Below, piece by piece: positions 42,085 to 51,404 of a stretch of 64,000 bases of DNA (position 1 is its first letter; every line of letters starts with the position of its first letter). The position numbers and the translations under genes are program-made. The stretch lies in NCBI GenBank assembly GCA_046726415.1, contig JBKPAK010000156.1, forward strand, positions 1 to 64,000. Direction: 5' to 3'. Under the pieces are notes generated by a model, which made no database searches, was not told where the DNA came from, and saw nothing but the letters and a program-made list of their open reading frames with translations. The DNA comes from Candidatus Methylomirabilota bacterium. GTDB taxonomy: Bacteria > Methylomirabilota > Methylomirabilia > Rokubacteriales > CSP1-6.

Positions 42085-42948
42085 ATGGCGAAACCTGTCT
42101 CGAGCAAGCGCGAACCCTCGTCGCGAGGCCCAGCTCTCGTTGAGCCCGTAGCACGCCCGGACTGGTTGATCGTGCTGCTGGCCGTAGCCGGTCTGATCGT
42201 CAGCGGCTATCTGGGCTGGTTGAAGGTCCGCGGGGGAGGCGCGCTCCTCTGCGAGGCCGGCGGCGGCTGCGATATCGTCCAGGCCAGTCGCTATGCCACG
42301 ATCCTCGGCGTGCCCACCGCTCTGTGGGGTAGTGCCTTCTATGCCGCCATCGGCACGCTCGCCGGCCTCGGCCTGTCGGCCCAACGCTGGCTCTGGGCGT
42401 TCCTGCTCGCAGCGGGGGGCGCCGCCTTCTCTCTCTATCTGACCGTCATCGCGCTGCTGGTCATCGGCGCCGCCTGTCCGTACTGCCTGGCGTCGGCGTC
42501 GATCGCGGTCGCCCTGGTGGCGGTGATCCTGTGGCGCCGTCCGACAGTCAGGGGTCGGAGGTCGCCACTGCGTTGGTCGCGCATTCTCCCGCTCGGAGGC
42601 GTGGCCGCGCTGATCGCGGTCGTCGGCGGGGCGGCGGTCTTTGCCTCCTACCCCGGGGGGGCCTCGGCCTATCAAACAGGTCTCGCCCGTCACTTGGCCA
42701 AGATCAACGGTGTGATGTATGGCGCCTACTGGTGACCCGCCTGCAAAGAGCAAAAGGCCCGGTTCGGGCCGGCCGCCAGCGAAGTACCCTACGTGGAGTG
42801 CGACGCGCGGAGTATCGGCGCACGGCCCGACCTCTGCAACGCCCTCGGCGTCCGCGCGTACCCCACCTGGATCATCGGCAACCAGCGCCTTGAGGGCGTG
42901 TTGACCTTGGAGGAGCTGGCCCGACTGTCCGGCTTCCCGGGAACATGA
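42085..42948 (+). CDS. VKOR-thioredoxin fusion, predicted selenoprotein (U217, WUPAC)
   Basis: VKOR motifs CEAGGGC and CPYC. YGAYW-TGA(42733-35)-PACKEQK continues in frame through VECD..LC..YPTW to TGA 42946-48. Hairpin at 42756-42770. Confidence 0.88.
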
Positions 42949-43017
42949 GCAACGCACGCGGGATCGTGGGGCTAGGGAAACGTCGGTGAATCGCCAGTTT
43001 CCGTCCGTTATGCTGGT

Positions 43018-43659
43018 ATGCCAGTAGAGACGTCCACCGTCGTCGCCAGTGCTGGCCGCCAGGCCATTGCCCGGCGTGGTCGCCTCCTGCAGTACCTCAC
43101 CATCGGATGGAACACCGCGGAGTGCGCGGTGGCCCTGCTCGCCGGTCTCTGGGCGGGCAGCATCGCCCTCGTCGGCTTCGGCGTCGACTCCGCGATCGAG
43201 GTCACCAGCAGCTTGGCCGCGCTGTGGCGGCTGTGGAGCGACGCCAACGAGAAGCGCCGCGAGGCCGCCGAGCGTCGCGCGCTTCGCGTGATCGGCGTGT
43301 GCTTCCTGCTGCTCGCCGTCTACATCCTCTACGAGGCAGTCGTCGCGCTGGCAGTTCGACGCGAGCCCGAGGCGAGCCCAATCGGGATCGCGCTGGCGGC
43401 GCTGTCACTCGTGGTGATGCCACTGCTCGCCAGGGCCAAGCGCCGGGTAACTCGTCAGCTCGACAGCGGCGCTCTCGAAGCCGAAACGCGCCAGACCCTG
43501 ATCTGCGCCGCCCTTTCCGCCATCCTCCTAGTCGGCTTGGGGCTACACGCCGCGCTCGGCTGGTGGTGGGCCGACCCCACGGCAGCCATCGCCATGGCTC
43601 CGCTCATCGCTCGCGAGGGCTGGGAGGCCGTTCGCGGTCGGACCTGCTGCCACTCATAG
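43018..43659 (+). CDS. Cation efflux (CDF-like) membrane protein
   Basis: GSIALVGFGVDSAIE and GWWWADP motifs, C-terminal CCHS. Confidence 0.85.
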   Translation: MPVETSTVVASAGRQAIARRGRLLQYLTIGWNTAECAVALLAGLWAGSIALVGFGVDSAIEVTSSLAALWRLWSDANEKRREAAERRALRVIGVCFLLLAVYILYEAVVALAVRREPEASPIGIALAALSLVVMPLLARAKRRVTRQLDSGALEAETRQTLICAALSAILLVGLGLHAALGWWWADPTAAIAMAPLIAREGWEAVRGRTCCHS

Positions 43660-43723
43660 CGCCCAACGGTCAGACTGCTGCTACGTAGCGCCGACCGCAT
43701 CGCGCCTCGCAGGGCCAACCGCC

Positions 43724-44314
43724 TCAAACTAGCCAACGCAGGAGGCGCCCAAGGCGGTGACCGTCGGCGGCCGCGCGGTCGAGACGCGGGGCAATGAACG
43801 AGTCAAGGCCAAAGCTGCGGCCGGCATCCGTGAAGAGGAAGATAACGGGCAGCATAATCAGCATGACGTAGGTCCACACCCACTCGTGGGGCACGCTCAC
43901 GATCCCGATCGTGATGTTGAGCGCCATGCCGATGGCTACCAGCGAGCCGAGGCGGGTGAAGAGGCCGAGCATGAGGGTGGCGCCGATGAACGTCTCGGTG
44001 ATGACCGTCATCCAGCCGAAAAACGTCCAGTTCGGAATCATCACGTTTACCAGGAAATCCCTGTAGGCCTGTACCGTCGGATACAGGACCTCCTGCTGCA
44101 CCCAGTACCAGAGCCCGCCCCCCGACTTTCGCCCGAAGTCGTCTGACGGCACCTTCCACTTCGATTGCCGCCACCAGAGCACGCCGTAGAGGATCCGGAC
44201 GAGCCCAACCGGCCAAAGGGGAGCCGTCGCCGAAAGCCACCCTACTCCGGCGCCCTCTCGACTCTGTGCGATCCCTCTTACTTCCGCTGGCAATTCCTTC
44301 ATGGCCTGCTCCAT
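43724..44314 (-). CDS. DoxX / TQO small-subunit-like membrane protein
   Basis: VRILYG.LW, ETFIG..LMLGLFTR and AGRSFGLD motifs. Confidence 0.8.
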   Translation of the reverse strand: MEQAMKELPAEVRGIAQSREGAGVGWLSATAPLWPVGLVRILYGVLWWRQSKWKVPSDDFGRKSGGGLWYWVQQEVLYPTVQAYRDFLVNVMIPNWTFFGWMTVITETFIGATLMLGLFTRLGSLVAIGMALNITIGIVSVPHEWVWTYVMLIMLPVIFLFTDAGRSFGLDSFIAPRLDRAAADGHRLGRLLRWLV

Positions 44315-44406
44315 CGTCGCCTCCCGAGGACCAGAGTGGCCCTCGCGTTCGACGATTCGGACACGCGCGCCAGGCCTCGCGGTTCAGCGCCTGGCGAGTC
44401 GTCCTC

Positions 44407-45081
44407 CTAAATGCCGCCTCGATAGAGGTCGCGCACGAAGGCGAAGGTACGTGCGGGCCCACCTCCGACCGCCGTCATCTCAGCGTGCAGGCGCCGGAGG
44501 TCGGGCTCGGTGTCGACGTCGAACCACATGGGAAGAAGATGGATCCGAAGTTTCCGGTCACGCGCCCGCTCGACGGTCAGCGGCAGCACCCGCTCCGTGC
44601 TCCAAGGCATGTCTTCGAACAGCGCGGGCTGGGGAGCGCGCAGCCCGATGAGATAGTAGCCGCCGTCCTCGCATGGTCCCAGCACCACGTCGGCATTCCC
44701 GCCCTCGAGTCGCCTGGCAGCTTCGGCGACGTAACTCATTGGCAAGGTTGGACTGTCGCTGTCGATGGCAATCGCGCCACAGTGGCCCTCCTCGAGCAAA
44801 CCGGTGAGCAGATTCGAGAGCCGCTCGCCGAGATCGGATCCCATTTGCGCGAGGAGGCGGAAAGTGGGCGGCGCCACCGTCGCCAGGAACTCCCTGCCCT
44901 CGGGAGGCGTGAACGCGATCACCGGCCGAACTTCGGACAGCGCGCCGAGCGCGTCGAGCCGGTCGAGGAGAAAGCAGCGGTAGAGCTCGGTGGCGCGCTC
45001 GGGCGTCAGCGCCGCGTGCAGCCGCGACTTGACCGGCCCGAGTCCAGGCGACTTGGCCATGACCGCCACCGCCGGCCTCAC
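44407..45081 (-). CDS. DUF2064 / CofC-like transferase (TIGR04282-type)
   Basis: AKSPGLGPVKSRL, DLGERL, SDSPTL, LGPCEDGGYYLIG and DVDTEPDL motifs. Confidence 0.88.
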   Translation of the reverse strand: MRPAVAVMAKSPGLGPVKSRLHAALTPERATELYRCFLLDRLDALGALSEVRPVIAFTPPEGREFLATVAPPTFRLLAQMGSDLGERLSNLLTGLLEEGHCGAIAIDSDSPTLPMSYVAEAARRLEGGNADVVLGPCEDGGYYLIGLRAPQPALFEDMPWSTERVLPLTVERARDRKLRIHLLPMWFDVDTEPDLRRLHAEMTAVGGGPARTFAFVRDLYRGGI

Positions 45082-45099
45082 GGCGCTAGGAACCCGCCA

Positions 45100-46092
45100 C
45101 TACAGACTCCACTTGACGCCGCAGCCCCGACACGGCTCCGGCGGCGTGGCGGTCTGGACGTCCTCGCGAAATGTCAGGTACCGATCGCCCCACCAGATCT
45201 CGGCCAGCGACTTGCGGAGGAGGTTGCCCAGGATGATCCCGGCGTAGTGCTCGGTAATCCATGGGGCGATGCAGCATGGCAGCACGTTGCCGTGCACGGT
45301 CACGTAGACCAGGGTCCACGGACGCCGGCATGCGCTCCAGGGCCGGTCGTCGTGGGAAGGCTCTAGGCTGACCTCGGGCGTCGTCGCCCCCGAAGCCGAG
45401 AACACAATCCCCGCCTCTCGCGCCGCCGCCTGGGTCGTCTGGATGAGCGCGTTCTCGCGCTGATGGAGCCGGCCGTGAAGTGACTGGGCCTCGGTAGCGA
45501 GCCCGAGGCCGTTGTAGACGAGCCGCTGGAGGTAGATGGCTCGGGCGCCCATGCGCTCGGCAAGGATCACGAGGCCGGGGATCTCCTCGATATTCTCGCG
45601 AAGCCCCGTGAACCACAAAGAGACAGTGGGCGCGGTGGCCCGGCCGTGCCCGAGAGCGACGAACCGTGCGACGTTGGCGATGACCTTGTCGAAAGCGTCC
45701 ACACCTCGGATCCGCGCGTAGGTCTCCCGCGTGCTCGCATCGAGCGAGACGCGCAACTCGTCCAGGCCCGCCTCGAGCAACTCCTGGGCGATGCGCTCCG
45801 ATAGGGTGATTGCGTTCGAGTTGAAGAGCACGACGGCACCGCGGTCCTTGAGGTGGGCTACCATGCGAGGAAGATCGCGATTGAGGAGCGGCTCACCGAT
45901 GCCGTGCAGCAGCACCCGCTCCAGGAGCGGGAACTGGTCGACCATGGCCCGGAACTCGTCCCACCCGAGGTCCTTGGCGGGCTCGCGGCCCCCGAAGGTG
46001 AGGATGCAGGTCTCGCAGAGCGAGTTGCAGCGGCTCGTCGTCTCGAGATAGAGCGAGCGCGGCAGCGCTGGGCGGAGGGTCAGGGCACTCAC
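45100..46092 (-). CDS. Radical SAM protein with SPASM/Twitch domain
   Basis: CNSLCETC and GIGEPLL motifs, C-terminal CRRPW..GNVLPCC..LGNL..CRGC. Confidence 0.92.
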   Translation of the reverse strand: MSALTLRPALPRSLYLETTSRCNSLCETCILTFGGREPAKDLGWDEFRAMVDQFPLLERVLLHGIGEPLLNRDLPRMVAHLKDRGAVVLFNSNAITLSERIAQELLEAGLDELRVSLDASTRETYARIRGVDAFDKVIANVARFVALGHGRATAPTVSLWFTGLRENIEEIPGLVILAERMGARAIYLQRLVYNGLGLATEAQSLHGRLHQRENALIQTTQAAAREAGIVFSASGATTPEVSLEPSHDDRPWSACRRPWTLVYVTVHGNVLPCCIAPWITEHYAGIILGNLLRKSLAEIWWGDRYLTFREDVQTATPPEPCRGCGVKWSL

Positions 46093-46766
46093 GAGACCTC
46101 GCGGGCGGAGCGGATCGCCACCGTCATGAATGCCCAGCCGGCCCGCACGCTGCCGGTCAGCGTGCCCGCGACCTTCGAACGCCCCCCCAGCCGCGGGGCG
46201 TGCGTCACGGGCACCTCGACGATGCGCGCGCGCAGGGCGGCCGCCTTGACGACCATCTCCACGGGCCAGCCGAAGCCGCGATCGCGCATGCCGAGGCGCC
46301 GCAGAACGTCGACATGGATCGCGCGCAGCGGGCCGATGTCACTGAGGCGCACGCGAAAGCGCCACGCCACGAACGCCGCCACCAGCCGCGTCCCCAGCAG
46401 CGCGTGCAGCGGATGATGGCCATCGAAGCGCCGGGCCCCGAGCACGAAGTCTGCACACCCCTTCTCGAGGGGCGCCAGCACGCGCGAGATTTCCTCCGGA
46501 AGCTGGCTGCCATCGCCGTCGAGGAACACGGCCACATCGGTCTCCCCTCCGAGCGCGGTCACCCCAGCCCAGCACGCTGAGCGGTAGCCGCGGCGTGGCT
46601 CGCTCACCACGCGCGCTCCAGCCCGCGCCGCCTCGCTGGCCGTCGCGTCGGCGGACCCGTTGTCCACCACGATGATCTCGCTGATGCAGCTGCGCGGCAC
46701 CCGCCGCACGAGCCCCCCAATCACCTCGGCCTCATCGAGCGCCGGAATGATGAGAGCCGCCCTCAT
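46089..46766 (-). CDS. Glycosyltransferase family 2
   Basis: IIPALDE, VVDNGS and FLDGDGS motifs. Confidence 0.92.
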   Translation of the reverse strand: MRAALIIPALDEAEVIGGLVRRVPRSCISEIIVVDNGSADATASEAARAGARVVSEPRRGYRSACWAGVTALGGETDVAVFLDGDGSQLPEEISRVLAPLEKGCADFVLGARRFDGHHPLHALLGTRLVAAFVAWRFRVRLSDIGPLRAIHVDVLRRLGMRDRGFGWPVEMVVKAAALRARIVEVPVTHAPRLGGRSKVAGTLTGSVRAGWAFMTVAIRSAREVS

Positions 46767-46821
46767 CGGTCTCGGGCTCCCCCGGCGCGGCCCAGGCGCG
46801 CGGCGGTCATGGCCGTTTCCG

Positions 46822-47829
46822 CTACGCGGGTGCGAACACGGTGGTGCAGGCGCTGCCCGTCTTGAGGAGCTCCCGCGTCTCGGCCGGAGCCCATTCGAGA
46901 TCCACGCGCTCGCCGCGCACCAGGGGGCAGTACGGATCCGGCTTCGTCAGGTCCCCGGCCAGTTCGCGGCGTCCCGCGCAGCCGCCGTGGCAGATAGTCA
47001 CGAAGGGGCAGCTCCGACAGGCATCCGGCAGCGTGCGTGCGCGAGCGAACTCTGGCGAGGCGAGGACGCCCTCCGCCCCGAGATAAGCAAGGTCGGTCAG
47101 GGCGAGATCGGATTTGCTCCAATAGACGCACGGGATGACCGCACCCCATGGCGTCACCCGGACGGTGTGCCGCCCGCAGCCGGAGCCATTGGCGAAGGGC
47201 ACGCCCAGCATCGCATTGAGAAGCGGCTCCGTGGTGTTCACCAGGCGCGTGGCGGAGAGCAGGCGGCGAAAGCCCTCCCAGTACTCGTCGAAGGTCAGCG
47301 TGAAGGCGTCGGTCTTCACGGGCTGGTAGACGTTCACGCGGTAGTTGGCCCCGGCCCGGAAGGCGACCTCGGCGATCTCCGGCAGCCGCCGGTAGTTCGT
47401 CTTCATCATGACGCTGAGGACGGTCACGGTCACGCCGAGCCGCTGGGCCCGCTCGACGGCAACCATGACGCGCTGCCAATTACCGCGCCCGCGGAAGGCG
47501 TCCTGCTCGGCCTCGGTCGGGAAATCGATCGACACCTCGACCTCGCGGAACGAGCGGAGTGTCTCGTCCGACGAGCGGTCGATGGTGTAGCCGTTCGAGG
47601 TGAGTGACAGCTTGACCCCGCGCCGGGCCAGCGCGGCCACGATCGCCTCGTAGTCTCGGTGGAGACCGTTCTCTCCGGTGCCGAGGTTGATGGCTCGTAC
47701 GGGCAGATCGTCGCAGATGCCGACGACCTCCTCGAGGGTGAGCTGATCGATCCTCTCGGTGTCCCGATAGCAGTGCGCACACGCGAGGTCGCACGCGTTG
47801 GTGAGGCCCACACCGACGTTCAGCGCCAT
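46822..47829 (-). CDS. Radical SAM protein with SPASM domain
   Basis: CDLACAHC motif, C-terminal GCG..PC..CRSC....CHGGC..DPYC. Confidence 0.92.
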   Translation of the reverse strand: MALNVGVGLTNACDLACAHCYRDTERIDQLTLEEVVGICDDLPVRAINLGTGENGLHRDYEAIVAALARRGVKLSLTSNGYTIDRSSDETLRSFREVEVSIDFPTEAEQDAFRGRGNWQRVMVAVERAQRLGVTVTVLSVMMKTNYRRLPEIAEVAFRAGANYRVNVYQPVKTDAFTLTFDEYWEGFRRLLSATRLVNTTEPLLNAMLGVPFANGSGCGRHTVRVTPWGAVIPCVYWSKSDLALTDLAYLGAEGVLASPEFARARTLPDACRSCPFVTICHGGCAGRRELAGDLTKPDPYCPLVRGERVDLEWAPAETRELLKTGSACTTVFAPA

Positions 47830-47832
47830 CCG

Positions 47833-49173
47833 CTACCTCTGTGCCTGCGAGGCATCCGCAGGAGTTTCCGCGATCGTAGCACCCGGCACCCCTCGGATGT
47901 CATCCGGTTGTGAATTCCCCACCGCGTATCGGGGGCGCAGTCGCCGCGCGAGCCACCAGCCCAGCCCCAGGACTATCGGAGTGATCTCGACAAGGCGCGC
48001 CCACATCGGGATTGTCCATGGCTGATAGAGAAAGAATGCATAGGCGACCGCCACGGTGCCGGTGAACGCGGTCCACCAGACCGACGGCGTCACCGCCAGG
48101 AATGGCACCAGCCACAGCGCGTACCAGGGGAAGACGTTGGGACTCAGGACCACGAGGCCGCCGATCAGCGGCACTGCACGACTGACCACAGTGACGGACA
48201 CGCCCCACAGGGCGACGAGGCCGACCCACGCCGCCATGGCGACAAGGGACGCCACCGGCAGATCGACGATCGAACGCACCAGTCCGGGATTGAAGTACTC
48301 CTCGGTGACGTAGCGCGGCAGGGAACCAAGCGCCTGTCGACCGATGCCGACGTACGGCGCATAGCCGAGCGCGATGACCATGGTGAACGGCACCACCACC
48401 CGCAACCCGCCCTGCCGCACGAGCAGAGGCAGAAGGGCGGCGGGGTAGAGCTTGACCAGCGCTCCGAGGGCCAGGATCACGGCCGCCAGACCGTGGCGAT
48501 GCTTGACAGCCGCGAGCGCGGTCGCGATGACCGCGGCGACGGCGAGCGCGTCGAGATGCGCGCTCCCCCACACTTCCACGAGAACGAGAGGATTCCACGC
48601 ATAGATTGCCGTGCGCGCCAGGGGCAGCCCGAGCACGCGCAGTAGGACCACGAGCAGGACGAGCCCGACGATCTCGGCGGCGCCGAGCACCACCTTGACG
48701 GCCAGGACGCTGTCAGGCGCCACCGCGTACACAGCGCGAAAGAACACCTGCGCCGCCGGCGGATAGATGGTCAGCCACGTCGGGTGATTCAAGCGCGGAT
48801 AGATAGCTGCGTCGCGCAGCCGCGCGACCTCGGGCGAGACCGGCGGATGAGCGTAGGGACTGATCCCCGCGGCGGCGACCCGGGCGTCCCAGACATAGCG
48901 ATAGGCGTCGGTGGAAAGCGTCGGCGGCGCCGGCAGCAGCGCGAACCGGCACACCGCCGCCACGACCAGGACGACCACGAATGCCCGGGCATCGTGGACC
49001 TCGCGCAAGGCGAGGAGGCCGGCCGCGTAGGCAACGAAGGCCAGCCCGAAGAGGGTGAGAAAGGCGGCCGGCGCCTCCGCGAGGTTCGGTACGGTGGCGA
49101 AGCCGGCGCACGCCGCGATCAGAGCGACGGCCGCCACCACGACGACGAGGAGTCTCGACCGAATCATCCCCAT
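47833..49173 (-). CDS. Membrane glycosyltransferase (GT87/DUF2029-like)
   Basis: STDAYRYVWD, TIYPP, YAWNPL and FPWY motifs, many TM segments. Start at ATG 49173 or 49167. Confidence 0.85.
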   Translation of the reverse strand: MGMIRSRLLVVVVAAVALIAACAGFATVPNLAEAPAAFLTLFGLAFVAYAAGLLALREVHDARAFVVVLVVAAVCRFALLPAPPTLSTDAYRYVWDARVAAAGISPYAHPPVSPEVARLRDAAIYPRLNHPTWLTIYPPAAQVFFRAVYAVAPDSVLAVKVVLGAAEIVGLVLLVVLLRVLGLPLARTAIYAWNPLVLVEVWGSAHLDALAVAAVIATALAAVKHRHGLAAVILALGALVKLYPAALLPLLVRQGGLRVVVPFTMVIALGYAPYVGIGRQALGSLPRYVTEEYFNPGLVRSIVDLPVASLVAMAAWVGLVALWGVSVTVVSRAVPLIGGLVVLSPNVFPWYALWLVPFLAVTPSVWWTAFTGTVAVAYAFFLYQPWTIPMWARLVEITPIVLGLGWWLARRLRPRYAVGNSQPDDIRGVPGATIAETPADASQAQR

Positions 49174-49298
49174 TCGGATACTGACGCCGGCCTCGGTGGC
49201 TCCCTGCCGCCGCTTCGAGAGGGGACAGCGGGCGCGTCGGCGTCGGGCGCAACGGACGAGATCGTGATGACGGGAATGGCGAACCGGTCGGCCCGCAT
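49164..49298 (-). CDS. 44-aa small ORF, candidate precursor peptide of the radical SAM cluster
   Basis: MRADRFAIPVITISSVAPDADAPAVPSRSGGREPPRPASVSEWG*. Its stop overlaps ATG 49167 of the GT87 gene (ATGA). Too short for the ORF track. Confidence 0.4.
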   Translation of the reverse strand: MRADRFAIPVITISSVAPDADAPAVPSRSGGREPPRPASVSEWG

Positions 49299-49428
49299 GC
49301 CCCCTACGCTAGCAAATCGTGTGGCCGTGCACGATCAGATGCCGAAGGTTCGTCGGGGGCACATAGCCCCTCCCATCGTTCGACCACGCCTCAAGGCACG
49401 CCGTCATTCCGCCCGCGGGGTGCCAAGC

Positions 49429-50124
49429 CTAGTGAATCCTCCGGATCGTGATCTGGGCGACAGGGTTGCGCCAGTCTCGCGCGCTGGCGTCGAAGTCGCC
49501 GATGCCGTGGATTCCGGCATGGATGTGGACGTACCTCTCCTCGCCGCCGGCGGGCTGCCCGCCTCCGCCCGCCCCGCCGCACTCGGTGAAGTTCGGACCG
49601 GGGATGCTGGCACACAACTCGTCGTTCCGCTCGCTGCCCGCGTCGTAAGCCGGGGAGAAGTACGTCAGCACTTCGCTCCCCCGCGGCGCCCGTACGCCGT
49701 TGAGGGCGAAGAAGCCGTCGTTGGTGGGGATCAGCATCGCGGCAACGCTGATGTGATCAACACCGAAACCGGCGCCCACGAGGATCGTCTTCGACTGACC
49801 CGGCCCCACGAAGCCGGCCGGCGGATCACCGGAATCAACGACGTCGCGCACTCCGCGCGTGGCCAGGAGCAGCGCGGCCAGCGGGCCGGTGACGCCTTCC
49901 TCGGCGAGGGTGGCCAGCTCCACACTGGCCGGCGCGCCCAGCGTGAACAGCGTCACGCCCTCGCGGTGGCTGGCCACCAGGACAGGCGTGAAGGTCTGGC
50001 CCCGGGTCAGGTTCGTCACCCTCACCTCGAACCGTCCACCGAAGTCCAGGGCCGAAACTTTATGCGTCGGGATGAGCCCACTCACCAGGATCAGACCAGC
50101 AGCGACCGACCATATGTGCCTCAT
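49429..50124 (-). CDS. Spondin_N-domain exported protein
   Basis: GAGGAGG RBS, signal peptide, VTNLTRGQTFTP, MLIPTNDGF and YDAGSE motifs. Confidence 0.85.
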   Translation of the reverse strand: MRHIWSVAAGLILVSGLIPTHKVSALDFGGRFEVRVTNLTRGQTFTPVLVASHREGVTLFTLGAPASVELATLAEEGVTGPLAALLLATRGVRDVVDSGDPPAGFVGPGQSKTILVGAGFGVDHISVAAMLIPTNDGFFALNGVRAPRGSEVLTYFSPAYDAGSERNDELCASIPGPNFTECGGAGGGGQPAGGEERYVHIHAGIHGIGDFDASARDWRNPVAQITIRRIH

Positions 50125-50241
50125 GTGATCCTCCTCGGGTTCTCGAATGTGCGGATTGACCGCGAGGTGGATCTACCATTTCAGTACGAGGTAGGTGTCA
50201 AAACGCTGTGACGCAGATGTCAAATCTTGTGGTGGGAAGAA

Positions 50242-50298
50242 CGGATCAGCGGGTTGACGCTCACGGCCGAGGTCATCTGGAACCCGCTGACCCTCTGC
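50242..50298 (-). repeat. Diverged copy of the 3' part of the soxYZ-like gene (matches 52347-52403)
   Basis: Both sites read CGGATCAG.GG.TTG.CGCTCACGGCCGAGGTCATCTGGAAC.CGCTGACCCTCTG. Confidence 0.8.
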
Positions 50299-50375
50299 CG
50301 ATCGTCGATCTCTTTGCCGGGCGCTGGCGCCGGCTGACGCCCGTGGGGCGCCAGCCGCGGCAAGACGCAAGCGCC

Positions 50376-51404
50376 CTATTCGAGCTTGCGGTAGTGCAGG
50401 CGCACCAGCTGGGCCGGGCTCTTGTCAGTCTGGATGAGACCTGCGTCCATCCGGTCCTTGAACGCCCGCTCCAGATTCTCCGCCACGTCCACCTTGCGAT
50501 CGAAACCGAGGGCGGCCGCGGAACTGGCGGCGGCCTGGACGGGCAGAGCGGCAGGGTAGTAGCCGCCCGCTTGCGTCGTGATCACCGCCCGTGCCGGATT
50601 CTCGGCGACCCACTGCTTGGCCCGCCGGAATGCACGGACGATGGCCGCCGCCTTGTCCGGGTGACGGTCGACGATCTCGCGCTTGATGCCGAAGAAGCAG
50701 CAGTACTCCCGGTTGTACGGCGCCTGGTATGTCTGCGAGAACAGCACTTTGGCAATCTTCCTCTCGCTCAGGATGACCTGCTGGGGCTCGGTCACGCCGA
50801 CCGCGTCGAACTTGCGCGCCTTGAACCCCTCCGCCACGTAGTCCCCGATTCGGGGCAGGGCGTCCCACGGCATCGGCCTCAGCGTGACATCCTTCGTCGG
50901 ATCGACGCCGGAGGTCTTGAGCTCGGTGTTGACGAAGGTGAGGCCCTGCACGACGCGGAAGGGGGCAACCCACCACGGATTCATCTCGACCGTTTTGCCC
51001 TTGAGATCCGCCGCTGACGCGAGCGTGGAATCGATCGGGACCATCACGTCCATGCAGCCGAAGTTCATCCCCTCGACGATGTAGTGCCCGATCTTGCCGG
51101 CCGCCATGTGATGGAGTTGGTCGACGTCAATGAACCCGAAGTCCGCCTCGGTCAGCCCCTTCTCCGTCTTGACGTAGAGGAAATTCGTCTTGCCCTGCTC
51201 GACCGCGCCTCGGGTGTCGACGGGGAGGCCCTGAACCGTCAACCCCTCCTCGGCGAAGAAGCCCTTCACGAGGGCCGCGTACAGCGGCAGCATTCAGGTA
51301 CCCGCGCCATACCCCAGGGTGTATTTCTCCTGCGCGGATGCCGGGGCCATCCCCGCAGAGATGGCCAGGACGAGGAGTGTCGCGCAAACGCCCAACTGCT
51401 TCAT
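50376..51404 (-). CDS. ABC substrate-binding protein (NMT1/SsuA-like), predicted selenoprotein (U37)
   Basis: AAGGAG RBS and ATGA overlap with the upstream gene. Signal peptide, then YTLGYGAGT-TGA(51294-96)-MLPLYAALVKGFFAEEGL in frame. Later FGC and YCC motifs. Confidence 0.8.

Noticed and set aside
49164-49166. Sec at the end of the 44-aa peptide (WG-U)
   Set aside because: The TGA is explained by ATGA coupling to the next gene, and the readthrough frame is low-complexity and overlaps that gene.
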